Below, piece after piece: positions 9,046 to 19,383 of a DNA stretch of 64,000 nt. This DNA comes from a candidate division KSB3 bacterium. Its GTDB lineage: Bacteria > Moduliflexota > Moduliflexia > Moduliflexales > Moduliflexaceae. The first letter of the stretch is position 1; each line of letters starts with the position of its first letter. The position numbers were made by a program, and so were the translations under genes. The stretch is taken from assembly GCA_002748425.1 (NCBI GenBank), contig PDSJ01000029.1, positions 9,066-73,065 of the forward strand, read 5' to 3'. The notes beneath the pieces were generated by a model, which saw nothing but the letters and a program-made list of their open reading frames with translations, searched no databases and was not told the origin of the DNA.

Positions 9046-10360
9046 GCGTATTAAAATTCTCTTTCAATCCCAGGGCAATCACCCTGTCTCCTGTTTCCAG
9101 TACCGAATCACCCCGGGGGATAAAGACATGCTCTCCTCGCAGAACAGCGACTAAGAGCGTTTGGGCAGGCAGCGTCAGGTCACGCAGGGCTATGCCTGCT
9201 AATCGAGAGTTCTCCCGGAGATCAAGTTCGACAAATTCAGGCTCAATATTCTTAAAATTCTGGAAGGTGAGCACATCACGAGAACGGATGATCCCGGCAA
9301 TGTCATTTGCGATAATGATTTGGGGGCTGAATACCTGATGGATACCGGCTTTTTCGACGGAGCTCAAAAGGTAGGAACGGTGAATCACGCAGGCCACCAT
9401 GCTGAGCCCTTTTTCTTTAACCAGCATCGAAGACAAAAGGTTTAACTCATCATTTTCCGAGACGGCGATGAAATAATCGTGCTCGTTCAGCAAAATTTCC
9501 TCTAATAAATTCGACTGAAAGATGTCATCGTTATAGACGATCGTATTGCTGAGAAATTGCGTCGCCCAATCGCTTTTGTCCTGGTCTGCTTCGATGATGA
9601 TGACCCGATATTTTTTTTCCAGCAGCCTGGCGAGATAAAAGCTGGTTTTGGTTGCGCCGAAGAGCACAATCCGCTTGATCCCTTTGCTTTCGATCGGCAG
9701 GATCAAGTGGGTATCACGCATGCTTTCTTCTTTTCCGACAATAAACAATGTATCATTCGGAAGAATCACAGTGTCGGCTGTTGGAAACAGAAAATCCTGT
9801 TTACGCGTAATCCCGACGATCAACATGTCTTTAGTCAGTGAAATGTCTTTGATTTCTTTATAGGCAAAGGGGCTGCGGGACGAAATACGGTATTGATTGA
9901 TATGAACCCGGCCGTCACCCAGCGTATCGACTTTCAGGAACTGCGGGTATTCAATCGACTGAAACAGAGTCAGGGCGGTTCGCCGTTCTGGTGAAATGAG
10001 CAAATTAATCCCCAGCGCTTCGTAATCGCTCAACTGCTCTTCTTCAAGGTAAAGCGGATTACTCACACGCGCAACCGTGAAGGCTGCCCCGAGCTTCTGG
10101 GCGATCAACGCAGAGACGATATTCACTTCATCATTATTCGACACCGCCAGGAAGATATCGGCCCGATTGACTTCAGCCTCTCTGAGAATGTGTGGAGCCG
10201 ACCCATGTCCTTCGATCGTCTGAACATCATACGCTTCTTCGAGCACTCCGATGCGTTTAGGACTATTATCAATACCCACAACATCATATTTTTCATGCGA
10301 GGCGAGCATGCTTGCCAGATACGATCCGACCTCGCCAAGACCAACAATCACAATATGCAT
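9014..10360 (-). CDS. trkA: Trk system potassium uptake protein TrkA (tandem RCK/NAD-binding domains)
   Basis: MHIVIVGLGEVGSYLA Rossmann motif, a second motif RIVLFGATKTSFYLA, and two TrkA_C-like segments. Confidence 0.9.
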   Translation of the reverse strand: MHIVIVGLGEVGSYLASMLASHEKYDVVGIDNSPKRIGVLEEAYDVQTIEGHGSAPHILREAEVNRADIFLAVSNNDEVNIVSALIAQKLGAAFTVARVSNPLYLEEEQLSDYEALGINLLISPERRTALTLFQSIEYPQFLKVDTLGDGRVHINQYRISSRSPFAYKEIKDISLTKDMLIVGITRKQDFLFPTADTVILPNDTLFIVGKEESMRDTHLILPIESKGIKRIVLFGATKTSFYLARLLEKKYRVIIIEADQDKSDWATQFLSNTIVYNDDIFQSNLLEEILLNEHDYFIAVSENDELNLLSSMLVKEKGLSMVACVIHRSYLLSSVEKAGIHQVFSPQIIIANDIAGIIRSRDVLTFQNFKNIEPEFVELDLRENSRLAGIALRDLTLPAQTLLVAVLRGEHVFIPRGDSVLETGDRVIALGLKENFNTLVEIFSPNEI

Positions 10361-10420
10361 AATTCATGTGTAACCCATGGCACGTTATGAGTAGAATTGC
10401 AAATGACAATCCGCCGTTTC

Positions 10421-11185
10421 TCAAGACTCACGCGTCATCGATTCTTTTTCAGCTTTTCGTTGTTTGATCACCTTTGCCGGAATTCCGACGGCTATCGTAA
10501 ATGCCTCAAGAGTTTTATTGGCAATCGCACCGGCCCCCATAATCACACCGTCGCCAATCTCCACGCCATCGAGCACTTTCGCTCCGGCCCCCAGCCAGCA
10601 GCCGCTTCCGATGCTCACACCCCGCGCATAAGAACCCTGCTGAATCGGAGGAACATCAGGCTCGTCAAGATGGTACATCGAGCCGCCTATATAACATTGA
10701 GCTGCAAAAAGCGTGTCGTGTCCAATGCGAATTTCTTTCCCGGAATAGAGCAGGCAGTGCGCACCGAAATTGACGTTGTCGCCGATCAGAAGCCGTCCGC
10801 TTTTCGCGCTTAAGACACAACCCCGACTTACAATAACGTTGTTGCCAAGCACGAATTCAGCAGATTCACATCCCTTTGCATCAAGGACACATTGATCGTC
10901 AATCATGACATGACTGCCGATTTTGATCTTATGAGGATGCCTGAGGACAAGATTACGCCCAAAAACGACCCCCTGTCCAATTTCAGCAAATAAGGATTTG
11001 TAAAACACTTTCCGCAGCACAAAGCCCAATGCTCCGGGAACCCAACTGCACAAAAGCATAATGAGTTCGAATTTCAGCAGAGGGACAATCCCTTCCTTCC
11101 CGAGAACAGTGACCTGATATTTTTTCAACGCGGAGACTGTTTCATCAGTAACGTTCGACTGAAATTTCGTCTGAGATTTTCTCAT
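10421..11185 (-). CDS. Left-handed beta-helix (hexapeptide repeat) acyltransferase with an N-terminal membrane segment
   Basis: Repeated [LIV]G..[x]4 hexapeptides (IGSHVMIDDQCVL, LGNNVIVSRGCVL, IGDNVNFGAHCLL, IGSGCWLGAGAKV, IGDGVIMGAGAIA), WcaF/MaaA-like. Substrate unknown. Confidence 0.7.
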   Translation of the reverse strand: MRKSQTKFQSNVTDETVSALKKYQVTVLGKEGIVPLLKFELIMLLCSWVPGALGFVLRKVFYKSLFAEIGQGVVFGRNLVLRHPHKIKIGSHVMIDDQCVLDAKGCESAEFVLGNNVIVSRGCVLSAKSGRLLIGDNVNFGAHCLLYSGKEIRIGHDTLFAAQCYIGGSMYHLDEPDVPPIQQGSYARGVSIGSGCWLGAGAKVLDGVEIGDGVIMGAGAIANKTLEAFTIAVGIPAKVIKQRKAEKESMTRES

Positions 11186-11496
11186 TGAGATTTCCTGTAT
11201 TGCACGCCTGCAAGAGAAAAATCAGTGTATACTTGCTTATTTGCAGACACAAAGACCCGGCTCGTCATTTTCGTCAAACTTTTTTTCCTCTTCTTTTTAA
11301 TGTGTCCCTTAAAACACAGGACGTAGGCGGATCACGCAGGGAGTGGAGGGGCGTAAACTGATTGCTGCTGACTCTATTCTTTAATGGGAAAAAGCATCAT
11401 GAGCCTCTTCGTATCATCCAGGGTATATTGCCGCCATGAACGAGGAGGCTCAGCTGTGAGAACCTGAAAGCCGAGCGGTTACACACTCTTCTTCAT

Positions 11497-12510
11497 TTAC
11501 TCTACGGTCAATGGTACCGGGCGGCGTTCTTTCAGGGATTCAGCAGCAGCCATGGCCATAAGTACCGGAATCTTTCCATCAATACCAGTCGGAGCAGGCA
11601 CTCGATCGTCTTTGATGCACTTGATAAACTCCAGTGTTTCCAGCAGATAGGCGTCTTTATAGCGATCCAGGAAAAAATAATGCAAGGGATCGTACTCGAC
11701 TTTTCCACGTTTGAAGAATGTCGCGGCATAGGGAGCGGGATTTCCAACGACGACACACCCCTCTGTTCCGAACACTTCGATGCGTTGATCGTAGCCATAA
11801 ACTGCTTTACGACTGTTGTCAATAATACAATATGCACCACTGTCATACGTCAACGTGACGACTGCAGTATCGATATCACCGACTTCGCCGATTTTGGGAT
11901 CGACCAGCGAAGTTCCAGCGGCATAAATCTCAACCACCTCTTCTCCCATCAAGTACCGGCACATGTCAAAATCATGAATCATCATATCAAAAAACAAGCC
12001 GCCGGACGCTTTGACGTAGTCGATCGGCGGCGGTTCCGGATCGCGGCTGGTAATCTTGATGACATGCGGCGTCCCCAGGCGACCAGCAGCCACGGAATCT
12101 CTGGCATGTTTAAAATCCGGATCAAAACGGCGGTTAAAGCCGATCTGAAGTTTCACACCGGCTTTTTCAACAGCATCAAGGGCAGCGTCAATGCGAGCGA
12201 TGTCAGCATCGATCGGTTTTTCACAGAAAATATGTTTTCCCGCCTCAGCCCCTTCAATAATCATCTGGGAATGCGTCTCGGTCGATGAGCACACAAAAAT
12301 CGCATCAATATCAGGGTCTTCCATAATTTCCCGATGATCTTGAACTGCCTTCGGGATACGGCATTCTTGCGCACAGTTCCGAGCACCGTCTACATAAATA
12401 TCAGAGACCGCCAGGACCTCTGCGTCAGGGATACGGAATGTCAAGTTCCTGGCGTGCATACGTCCAATTCTGCCTGCTCCAATCACACCAAAGCGCACAA
12501 TGTCATTCAT
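11497..12510 (-). CDS. iolG: Gfo/Idh/MocA oxidoreductase, myo-inositol 2-dehydrogenase-like (IdhA/IolG type)
   Basis: RFGVIGAGRIGRMHA Rossmann motif, FCEKP, and GFNRRFDPDF ... ITSRDPEPPPIDYVKASGGLFFDMMIHDFDM, which closely resembles IdhA-type inositol dehydrogenases. I moved the start to the ATG at 12510, which is preceded by AGGAGGA; the track ORF starts at 12588. Confidence 0.7.
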   Translation of the reverse strand: MNDIVRFGVIGAGRIGRMHARNLTFRIPDAEVLAVSDIYVDGARNCAQECRIPKAVQDHREIMEDPDIDAIFVCSSTETHSQMIIEGAEAGKHIFCEKPIDADIARIDAALDAVEKAGVKLQIGFNRRFDPDFKHARDSVAAGRLGTPHVIKITSRDPEPPPIDYVKASGGLFFDMMIHDFDMCRYLMGEEVVEIYAAGTSLVDPKIGEVGDIDTAVVTLTYDSGAYCIIDNSRKAVYGYDQRIEVFGTEGCVVVGNPAPYAATFFKRGKVEYDPLHYFFLDRYKDAYLLETLEFIKCIKDDRVPAPTGIDGKIPVLMAMAAAESLKERRPVPLTVE

Positions 12511-12789
12511 ACAGCGTTTCCTCCTGTGAAAACGATCGCAGCGACAAACAGTCACGTTCGCCGAACAGCTTAGCAGGTACAAATGCAAGGTCTTGAAATT
12601 GTCTTTTCCCCTGCATTGTCGTTAATACGATACATAATACGCTTAAAGAAATTCCCATGTTTTGTCAAGGCTAAAGTGACAAGCTTGCCCAGCGTTTTGA
12701 ACTCAGAGATCTGCGCATGCCTGCTTGTCACACACTCATGCTCTCACAGCAGCGCCGTCCCGTAAGAACCCGAATGTGTAAACATTCCT

Positions 12790-15700
12790 TCAAAAAAGTG
12801 CGAGCTGAGGATGTTCTCTCTGCCTTTTGAACGCGCCTTTCCCGTGTCGACTGCGAATTGCTTTCAGGGCATCTTCAATATCATTCAAAAAACGGGACGG
12901 CGGATTGTGGACGCTTTGCCCAAACAGGAAACGCTTTTTAGCGCGCATGAGAATCAACTTTTCCTGAGCACGGGTCATGCCGACATAGAAGAGTCGGCGC
13001 TCTTCTTCAAGATCAAGCTTTTTCCCGTCGCGCTGGTAGGGAAGGATCGTTTCTTCACAGCCGGTCATAAAGACAATTGGAAATTCTAATCCTTTGGAGG
13101 CATGCAATGTCATCAACGTCACCCGCTCGGCTCGTGGGTCATACTCATCAATTTCCTTGCGCAGGGCTGTTGTTTCCAGAAAATCCTGCAAGCGCGTTTC
13201 GAACGGCACAGCTCGGCGGAGCAGCGCTTTTATACGGTCTTCCTGTTTTGACGCAGCAGTAGCGACCCGCCGAGCCATACAAAATTCTGCAATCCGTCCG
13301 ACAAGATCTGCAACGCGCAACGAGCTGCAGATCGGTCTGAGCTCTTCTAAAAAGGCCCGTGTTTCCAAGGGATGCGCAACTTGGTCGTCATAAAAATCCG
13401 CATCAGGATTATGCAGCAGCCACAGGCAGGCGAGGATCTCGCGAATCTCGTTGTGCTCATAAAGCGACGCCTGGCCGACAATTTGACAGGGGATGCCGGA
13501 ACGCTGAAAGGCCTCAGACAAGGCATGACTTTGGGCTCCCAGACGATAGAGCACGGCAAAATCTCCAAAAGAACGTGTTTCGATCGTATCATCCTCCACA
13601 CGACCCGAATTCAGCGAAAACGAGCTGGTTCCGCCAAGCATTTTTTCGATTTCGTGCACTACGTACTCAGCCTCAGCTTTATAGGTTGGAGCCTCATAAA
13701 TCTCAACTCTGCTTCGGCTGACGATATCCGACCAGAGTTCCATGGCCTGCGGGTCAGAAGCGTGCGAGATGACTTGATGCGAAGCATTCAAGATAAGCTG
13801 GGTGGAACGGTAATTTCGTGTCAGGTGAAATGCGACCGCATCAGGGAAATCTTGTCGAAACTGCAGAAAATACTCTCGACTCGCGCCACGAAAGCCGTAA
13901 ATGGCCTGATCCGGATCGCCGATAACGCACAAACCCAGCGCCGGCCCTTTTAAGCGTTTTAATAATGTGTATTGGGCAGCGTTCAGGTCCTGGTACTCAT
14001 CGACAGAAATCCAGCGAAAGCGCTGCTGATACTCGCTGAGGATTTCGGGAAATGCTTCAAACAGCGTTACTACTGCGAGAATCAAGCCATCAAAATCAAG
14101 AAGCTGCCGTTCCTGCAACGCTCTCTCATACGCCTGATATGCAGCGAAAAAATCCTGATGCTTTTCTCTTGCCTGGGGAAGAAATTGATCGACAGCTTCT
14201 GTATCCCCTGCGTGTATCACACGATTTTTGAGGATCGAGATTCCATCAAGATACTGCGTCAGAAGCTTTTTTTTCAGATCCGGATACAATTGCTTGAGCA
14301 GACTGCGCCGGTCTCTGTCGCTGCAAATGCAGAAATTTTGTTTCACGCCGATCGCGTCGCCTCTTTCGCGGAGGACCATGGCACAAAAGGCATGAAAGGT
14401 CTTCACGAGAATCCGGGCCGCGATCCTGGGGCCGAGCAAGTCTTTCAGACGCGCGATCATTTCGTCCGCCGCTTTATTGCTGAAGGTCATGGCCAGCAGC
14501 TGTTCCGGGGCAGCAAGCTGTTCCTTCACAAGATAGGCCATGCGATGCGTCAGGGTGCGCGTCTTTCCGGTTCCCGGACCAGCGCTGATAATCAGCGTCG
14601 GAGCACTGCACAGCACTGCCTCACGCTGCTCAGGATTCAGAACAGCCAGAAGCTCCTCTGATCCCGCTTGAAGAACAGAGGGAGCGCTGTCTGTTTCTGC
14701 TGCAGAATCTGTTTCTTGAGCGTAAGCGTTCTTTTTCCGCGAGACCCCGTGTTCTTTGTTAAAAAGAGGAGGGACAGGCCGGGATGCCTGTCCGCTCGCA
14801 ACAGAAGCTGATACGCTTTTTTTTCTGCGGGACCTTTGTTTGCTTTGCAGTCCAGGCAGCAATCCTGTTTGCAAAGCGAAACTCTCCCGTTCCTGGGCCT
14901 CAAAGAGTCTGATCGCGCCGAATTCACCATCAAAGCCGCCCTCTGCAATCACCTCACCGCTGCGCATACGCCGAACACCTTCCGCCAGGAGCGCACCGCC
15001 GGCTTTTTCAAGAGCTTCCACCGGCAGATCCAGCAGAATTGCGAGTTCAGACCCTAACTGTGTGAGCAAGGCTTCATAGCTCTGCATAACCCGTTTGGAA
15101 GCCGGCCCGACACCGCAGCCTTCTGACAAAATTTCCACCAGTGGAATCAGGCGGTAAAACGGCGCAGCAGATTCAGGCATTGCCCCCTCAGGGCGATCCG
15201 CCAGAACTTCAACACGATGCGAGACACCGACAGTCACGGGCCTGCCACAAACGGGGCAGATACTCTTATGTTCGAGCGTGGTCTTCGGGTCCCAGCGGAT
15301 ACCGCATTTACGATGTCCGTCAAGATGATATTTTCCCTCTTCCGGAAAAAACTCAATCGTACCGAGAAAACGCTCAGAATTACTGGTCTTCAGTGCGTCG
15401 AAAATTGCGTGATATGACAATTCGGTATCGAACAGGTTCGCCTCACGAGCCAGCTTCTGAGCTGAATGTGCATCAGAGTTAGAGACAAGCGTATAGCGAT
15501 CCAGAGCTGAAATCCGCCAATTCATCGGCGGATCTGAAGAAAGGCCGGTTTCCAGCGCAAAAATGTGAGGCGTTAAATCTTCGAAACAGTCTTCGATGGC
15601 ATCAAATCCGGATTTCGAACCAAACAGCGAAAACCAGGGAGTCCAGATATGCGCAGGAATGAGATGAGCCTGCGGGTCGGTCTCTAAGACGATTTCCAGC

Positions 15701-16140
15701 AAGTCCCTGGCATCCAGGCCCAGAATCGGGCGCCCGTCGGAACGAATATTTCCGATTCTCTCCAGAGCGGCCTGAAATGTGCTGGCCGCTTCAAAAGAAG
15801 GGAGGAACACAATATTGTGATTTTTACGGGTCTTCCCATGCTTTTTGTAGATATTGCTGATCTCACCGGAAAGCATAAAACGCAGCGGCTGCCGGCACGC
15901 TTTACAGATTTCCGACTGCACAGCATCAGCATACTCTTTTTTAAGACAAAACAGGCCTGAGCCATCTGGTTCGAGCTTCTCCTGAATTTCCTCGAGCCAC
16001 CCAGGATGGCTGAGGTCACCGGTACCGATGACCTGAAGGCCTTTCAGCTGCGCCCATTTATACAAATTCTCAATAGTCAAGGCACGGCTTGTCGCGCGGG
16101 AATAACGGGAATGGATGTGAAAATCAGCAATAAATTTCAT
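12790..16140 (-). CDS. Fusion protein: N-terminal EndoQ-like PHP-domain endonuclease (about aa 1-430) plus C-terminal UvrD/PcrA-type SF1 helicase (about aa 500-1116)
   Basis: N-terminal part: FIADFHIHSRYS, GTGD, PAHIWTPWFSLFG, LETGLSSD, SNSDAHS, GKYHLDGH, and the zinc ribbon CPVCGRPVTVGVSHRVEVLADR. Helicase motifs: I AGPGTGKT, Ia TFHAF, II VDEYQD, III GDPDQAIYGFRGA, IV NYRS, V TLHASKGLEF, VI EERRLFYVGMTRA. Confidence 0.85.
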   Translation of the reverse strand: MKFIADFHIHSRYSRATSRALTIENLYKWAQLKGLQVIGTGDLSHPGWLEEIQEKLEPDGSGLFCLKKEYADAVQSEICKACRQPLRFMLSGEISNIYKKHGKTRKNHNIVFLPSFEAASTFQAALERIGNIRSDGRPILGLDARDLLEIVLETDPQAHLIPAHIWTPWFSLFGSKSGFDAIEDCFEDLTPHIFALETGLSSDPPMNWRISALDRYTLVSNSDAHSAQKLAREANLFDTELSYHAIFDALKTSNSERFLGTIEFFPEEGKYHLDGHRKCGIRWDPKTTLEHKSICPVCGRPVTVGVSHRVEVLADRPEGAMPESAAPFYRLIPLVEILSEGCGVGPASKRVMQSYEALLTQLGSELAILLDLPVEALEKAGGALLAEGVRRMRSGEVIAEGGFDGEFGAIRLFEAQERESFALQTGLLPGLQSKQRSRRKKSVSASVASGQASRPVPPLFNKEHGVSRKKNAYAQETDSAAETDSAPSVLQAGSEELLAVLNPEQREAVLCSAPTLIISAGPGTGKTRTLTHRMAYLVKEQLAAPEQLLAMTFSNKAADEMIARLKDLLGPRIAARILVKTFHAFCAMVLRERGDAIGVKQNFCICSDRDRRSLLKQLYPDLKKKLLTQYLDGISILKNRVIHAGDTEAVDQFLPQAREKHQDFFAAYQAYERALQERQLLDFDGLILAVVTLFEAFPEILSEYQQRFRWISVDEYQDLNAAQYTLLKRLKGPALGLCVIGDPDQAIYGFRGASREYFLQFRQDFPDAVAFHLTRNYRSTQLILNASHQVISHASDPQAMELWSDIVSRSRVEIYEAPTYKAEAEYVVHEIEKMLGGTSSFSLNSGRVEDDTIETRSFGDFAVLYRLGAQSHALSEAFQRSGIPCQIVGQASLYEHNEIREILACLWLLHNPDADFYDDQVAHPLETRAFLEELRPICSSLRVADLVGRIAEFCMARRVATAASKQEDRIKALLRRAVPFETRLQDFLETTALRKEIDEYDPRAERVTLMTLHASKGLEFPIVFMTGCEETILPYQRDGKKLDLEEERRLFYVGMTRAQEKLILMRAKKRFLFGQSVHNPPSRFLNDIEDALKAIRSRHGKGAFKRQREHPQLALF

Positions 16141-16366
16141 AAGTCATACGTGTGTTAATGTTCTCAAGCAATTTTTTCGATGAAGACTCCTGTCTCAGCT
16201 GGATCTCTGGAGTGCTGAGATGTCAATAAAAATTGTTCTTCGCAGTATTGACTTTCTCCTGTTAGCACTTCATAAAATATGATAATGCTGTGAAGGACAG
16301 AGCAAAGGTTCTATTTGATCGTCATGCCCCGCAATGTGCTATGAACAACATTACAAGGAGGAAAGT

Positions 16367-17122
16367 ATGCAGGAATCTCATAAGGAACAATTTCGGTATT
16401 TTCTGAAAGACAGCATCCGCCAAACGATTGATTTCGAGCAGACCGATCAACATCAGGGAATCGCGCCGCCGCCGATTGAAAAGGCCGTCCCGCCCGATGC
16501 AAAACGTCTCGATCTTCTTCCTCCGGCTCAATGGACGGGGATTCCAAAAGTTGACCTGCTCTCAGCGATCCAACGTCGCAAAAGTCATCGCAGATTTCAG
16601 AAACAGCCTTTTACGCTTGAAGAATTAGCATTCCTGCTCTGGACGACACACGGCATCACACATGTGGTGCAGCCGGGAACAGCCTTCCGTACGGTGCCGT
16701 CCGCCGGATGCCGGCATGCGCTGGAAACCTATCTCTGCATCTTGAATGTCAAAGGGCTGGAAATGGGCATTTACCGTTATCTTCCTGTAGAGCACCAACT
16801 TATGCTGGAATTTCATGATGATGAGCTGGAACGCAAAATTATCGATGTAACGCTCGGACAAAAATTCACGGGAAGGGCGGCTGTCACCTTTTTCTGGACC
16901 ACGATACCCTATCGCATGGAATGGCGCTACGATGCAGCGGCCTATAAAGTCATTGCGTTGGATGCCGGGCATGTCTGTCAGAACCTGTACTTGAGCTGCG
17001 AAGCAATTGAAGCGGGCTGTTGTGCTATCGCTGCATACAATCAGGTATTAGCAGATGCCCTGCTCAAACTCGACGGCCAGGAGGAATTCAACCTCTACCT
17101 GGCAGCAGCAGGGAAGATTTAG
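16367..17122 (+). CDS. SagB/ThcOx-family (nitroreductase fold) dehydrogenase
   Basis: RRKSHRRF ... TLEELAFLLW ... RTVPSAGCRHALETY ... GIYRY. I placed the start at ATG 16367, 6 nt after AAGGAGGA; the track ORF starts at 16334. Confidence 0.75.
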   Translation: MQESHKEQFRYFLKDSIRQTIDFEQTDQHQGIAPPPIEKAVPPDAKRLDLLPPAQWTGIPKVDLLSAIQRRKSHRRFQKQPFTLEELAFLLWTTHGITHVVQPGTAFRTVPSAGCRHALETYLCILNVKGLEMGIYRYLPVEHQLMLEFHDDELERKIIDVTLGQKFTGRAAVTFFWTTIPYRMEWRYDAAAYKVIALDAGHVCQNLYLSCEAIEAGCCAIAAYNQVLADALLKLDGQEEFNLYLAAAGKI

Positions 17123-17171
17123 CGCGTCTTTCCCGCGCAGCTCTGCCCCTTAGGGCTACACAGCTCAAGCA

Positions 17172-18473
17172 TTACTCATGAAGATATTGCAGCTCCTGCC
17201 TGCCTTTTTTTTCGTCAACAAAATAGAAGAGCATTCCGCCGGCCAGGAAAAGCAGCGACAAGGATGTCATCCCTGTACGGGTTGCGCTGTCGCTGCTGCT
17301 GCCAGAGCTTCTGAAAAGCAGGCCGACAGCTCCCATCAGGACCGGGCCGATCACAGCGGCAAATTTGCCGAGCATATTGTAGAAACCAAAGTATTCGGCT
17401 GAACGGCTGGCTGGAATGATACGCGCGTAGTAGGAACGGCTTAAAGATTGAATGCCTCCCTGCACCAGGCCAATCAGAACAGCCAGCATATAAAATTCGA
17501 ATTTCTCCCGGATAAAAGCCGCCCAAATCGAGATGAACAAATACACGGCGATGGCAAGAAAGATGCCCCGTTTTGCACCGATTTTTTTGCCTAAAAAGCC
17601 AAAGGCAATTGCCGACGGAAAGCCCACGAATTGGGTCACGAGAAGCGCTTTAATCAGCTCTCCCGAATCAAAACCAAGGGACAAGCCGTAATCTACCGCC
17701 ATGCGCACGATGGTATCCACCCCGTCGATATACAACCAGTAGGCGGCAAGAAACAAGAAGATCGTTTTCATGTGGCGGATTTCCTGAAAGGTCTGTCTGA
17801 GTTGTGTAAAACCAGCCAACACCATGTTCTCAGTGGAATGCATGCTTTTGACATGCGGCTCCTTAATAAAGAGAATCGCCGGCACAGAAAAGAGCGCCCA
17901 CCAGATGCCTGCAGACAGAAAGGAAAAGCGCACGGCATCTCCGGGTCCGGCAAAGCCGAAGGTCTGCGGACGCTGAACCATCCAGACGTTCAGGGCAAAC
18001 AGCAAGCCGCCTCCAAGGTAGCCCAACGAGTAGCCCAGGGCCGACACAACATCCATTTTTTCTTCAGAAGCCACGGCACTCAATAAGGCATCGTAAAAGA
18101 CATTTGCCCCTGAGAAACCGATCGAGGCAAAGATATAAAGCAGCATAGCCAGCAGCCACTGCCCTTGTGCCGCCAGAAACAGTCCCGATGTCATCACCAG
18201 TCCGAGATAGGTAAAAGCAATCAGAAAGCGTTTTTTCGCGGTCCCTTTATCGGCAATCGCCCCCAGAATCGGCGCCATTAGCGCGACAAAAATTCCGGCC
18301 AGCGAATTCGCCAATCCAAGTCGTGCCGTGCTGACCGTAGCATCGACACCGATATTCCAGAATTCTTTAAAAAACACCGGGAAAAATCCGGCAATCACGG
18401 TGGTCGCAAACGCCGAATTCGCCCAGTCATACATCGCCCACGCAAACATTGCCTTTTTCTCGTTTAATTGCAT
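17172..18473 (-). CDS. MFS transporter, UMF1 / Atg22-like family
   Basis: The N-terminus MQLNEKKAMFAWAMYDWANSAFATTV is typical of UMF1, followed by 12 predicted TM helices. The start at 18473 is preceded by AAGGAG; the track ORF starts at 18515. Confidence 0.8.
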   Translation of the reverse strand: MQLNEKKAMFAWAMYDWANSAFATTVIAGFFPVFFKEFWNIGVDATVSTARLGLANSLAGIFVALMAPILGAIADKGTAKKRFLIAFTYLGLVMTSGLFLAAQGQWLLAMLLYIFASIGFSGANVFYDALLSAVASEEKMDVVSALGYSLGYLGGGLLFALNVWMVQRPQTFGFAGPGDAVRFSFLSAGIWWALFSVPAILFIKEPHVKSMHSTENMVLAGFTQLRQTFQEIRHMKTIFLFLAAYWLYIDGVDTIVRMAVDYGLSLGFDSGELIKALLVTQFVGFPSAIAFGFLGKKIGAKRGIFLAIAVYLFISIWAAFIREKFEFYMLAVLIGLVQGGIQSLSRSYYARIIPASRSAEYFGFYNMLGKFAAVIGPVLMGAVGLLFRSSGSSSDSATRTGMTSLSLLFLAGGMLFYFVDEKKGRQELQYLHE

Positions 18474-18542
18474 CAGGGGGTACTCCTTAAAGACTGTGGT
18501 TTCCGGAAACGTCATAATTTCTGCCGGGATGCCAGGACATTA

Positions 18543-19043
18543 TCACAGTTCGTAGAGTGTCTCGTCAACATTTGGTTGAGCGCGTTGTTCAGCCCGAGAG
18601 CGCGCTTTTTTAACCTGCTCCATAAAAGGCTCCTCTGATTCGAGCAGGTCTCCCATGTCAGCTTCGACTTGCTCCGGATCTTCGCCGCGTTCCATTCTGG
18701 CCAGAGCCTCCTCCATGGCCGGTCCCATTGAGAGCCCGGTCGCATCCGACAGTTTGCGCATCAATTGGGCCGCTTGTCTGGGATCATCTTCATTCATGTG
18801 CTCGGCCTCCCGGGCCAGCATCCCCATCGCCTGTTCCATTCTGGCTTCATCGATCGGAGGCATACCATCTTCGCCGCTTTCAGCATCTCCACGACGGGAA
18901 ATTGTGGCAAACAGCGAAACCTTGCGCTGCAATTTCACATCCGCACATTTCGGGCAGAAAGGAATTTTTTCAGTATTCACACTTCTCGACAGAAAATTAT
19001 ATATGGTATGGCAATGTCTGCAATAAAATTCATAAATCGGCAT
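18543..19043 (-). CDS. FmdB-family zinc-ribbon protein (CxxC-CxxC) with a long acidic C-terminal extension
   Basis: MPIYEFYCRHCHTIYNFL ... CPKCADVKLQRKVS. Confidence 0.7.
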   Translation of the reverse strand: MPIYEFYCRHCHTIYNFLSRSVNTEKIPFCPKCADVKLQRKVSLFATISRRGDAESGEDGMPPIDEARMEQAMGMLAREAEHMNEDDPRQAAQLMRKLSDATGLSMGPAMEEALARMERGEDPEQVEADMGDLLESEEPFMEQVKKARSRAEQRAQPNVDETLYEL

Positions 19044-19383
19044 GATGCTTCTCCACACTCCAAAAAAACTCTTGGTTCATAAAAACGAGCCGTCAAAAGC
19101 ATAAACAGGAAACACATCGACGCAGCAAGCTGTTGACAGCCGGCTACACGTCGATGCTCATTATGGTTTGCACGCCTGCGCGGTCTTACACAGAGATATT
19201 AATTTCCTGAATACGAGCACAATTTGTCAATACTTTTTTCACAGGTCCACACACCGGAAAACGCATACGCTCTGCTTATCGGGAAGATTTCGTCTTTTTT
19301 CAATTGACAATGCTGAATCAAAATATTATGCGTTATGTGTCGATTGACCTCTGTTGAATGATCTCATATAACATGCTATAACA

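Noticed and set aside
12811-15482. Numerous 60-230-aa plus-strand ORFs inside the EndoQ-UvrD gene (e.g. 13372-13953, 13972-14661)
   Set aside because: They are antisense to a gene carrying a full set of conserved helicase and nuclease motifs, and they have Arg/Ser-rich shadow-frame composition.
3806-16140. Possibility that the nuclease, helicase and HNH genes (NYN 3806-4780, EndoQ-UvrD 12790-16140, YajD 57094-57387) form a defence island
   Set aside because: They are tens of kb apart and interspersed with core housekeeping genes (trkAH, recA, alaS, glyQS, mreB). There are no partner genes typical of known defence systems and no flanking integrases or tRNA-adjacent islands. The only IS trace is a small relic at 50205.
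16367-17122. SagB-type dehydrogenase as a marker of a thiazole/oxazole-modified peptide (TOMM) cluster
   Set aside because: No YcaO cyclodehydratase, E1-like partner, precursor peptide or exporter is adjacent. The neighbours are a repair helicase fusion and an MFS transporter on the opposite strand. It is probably a solitary nitroreductase-fold enzyme.
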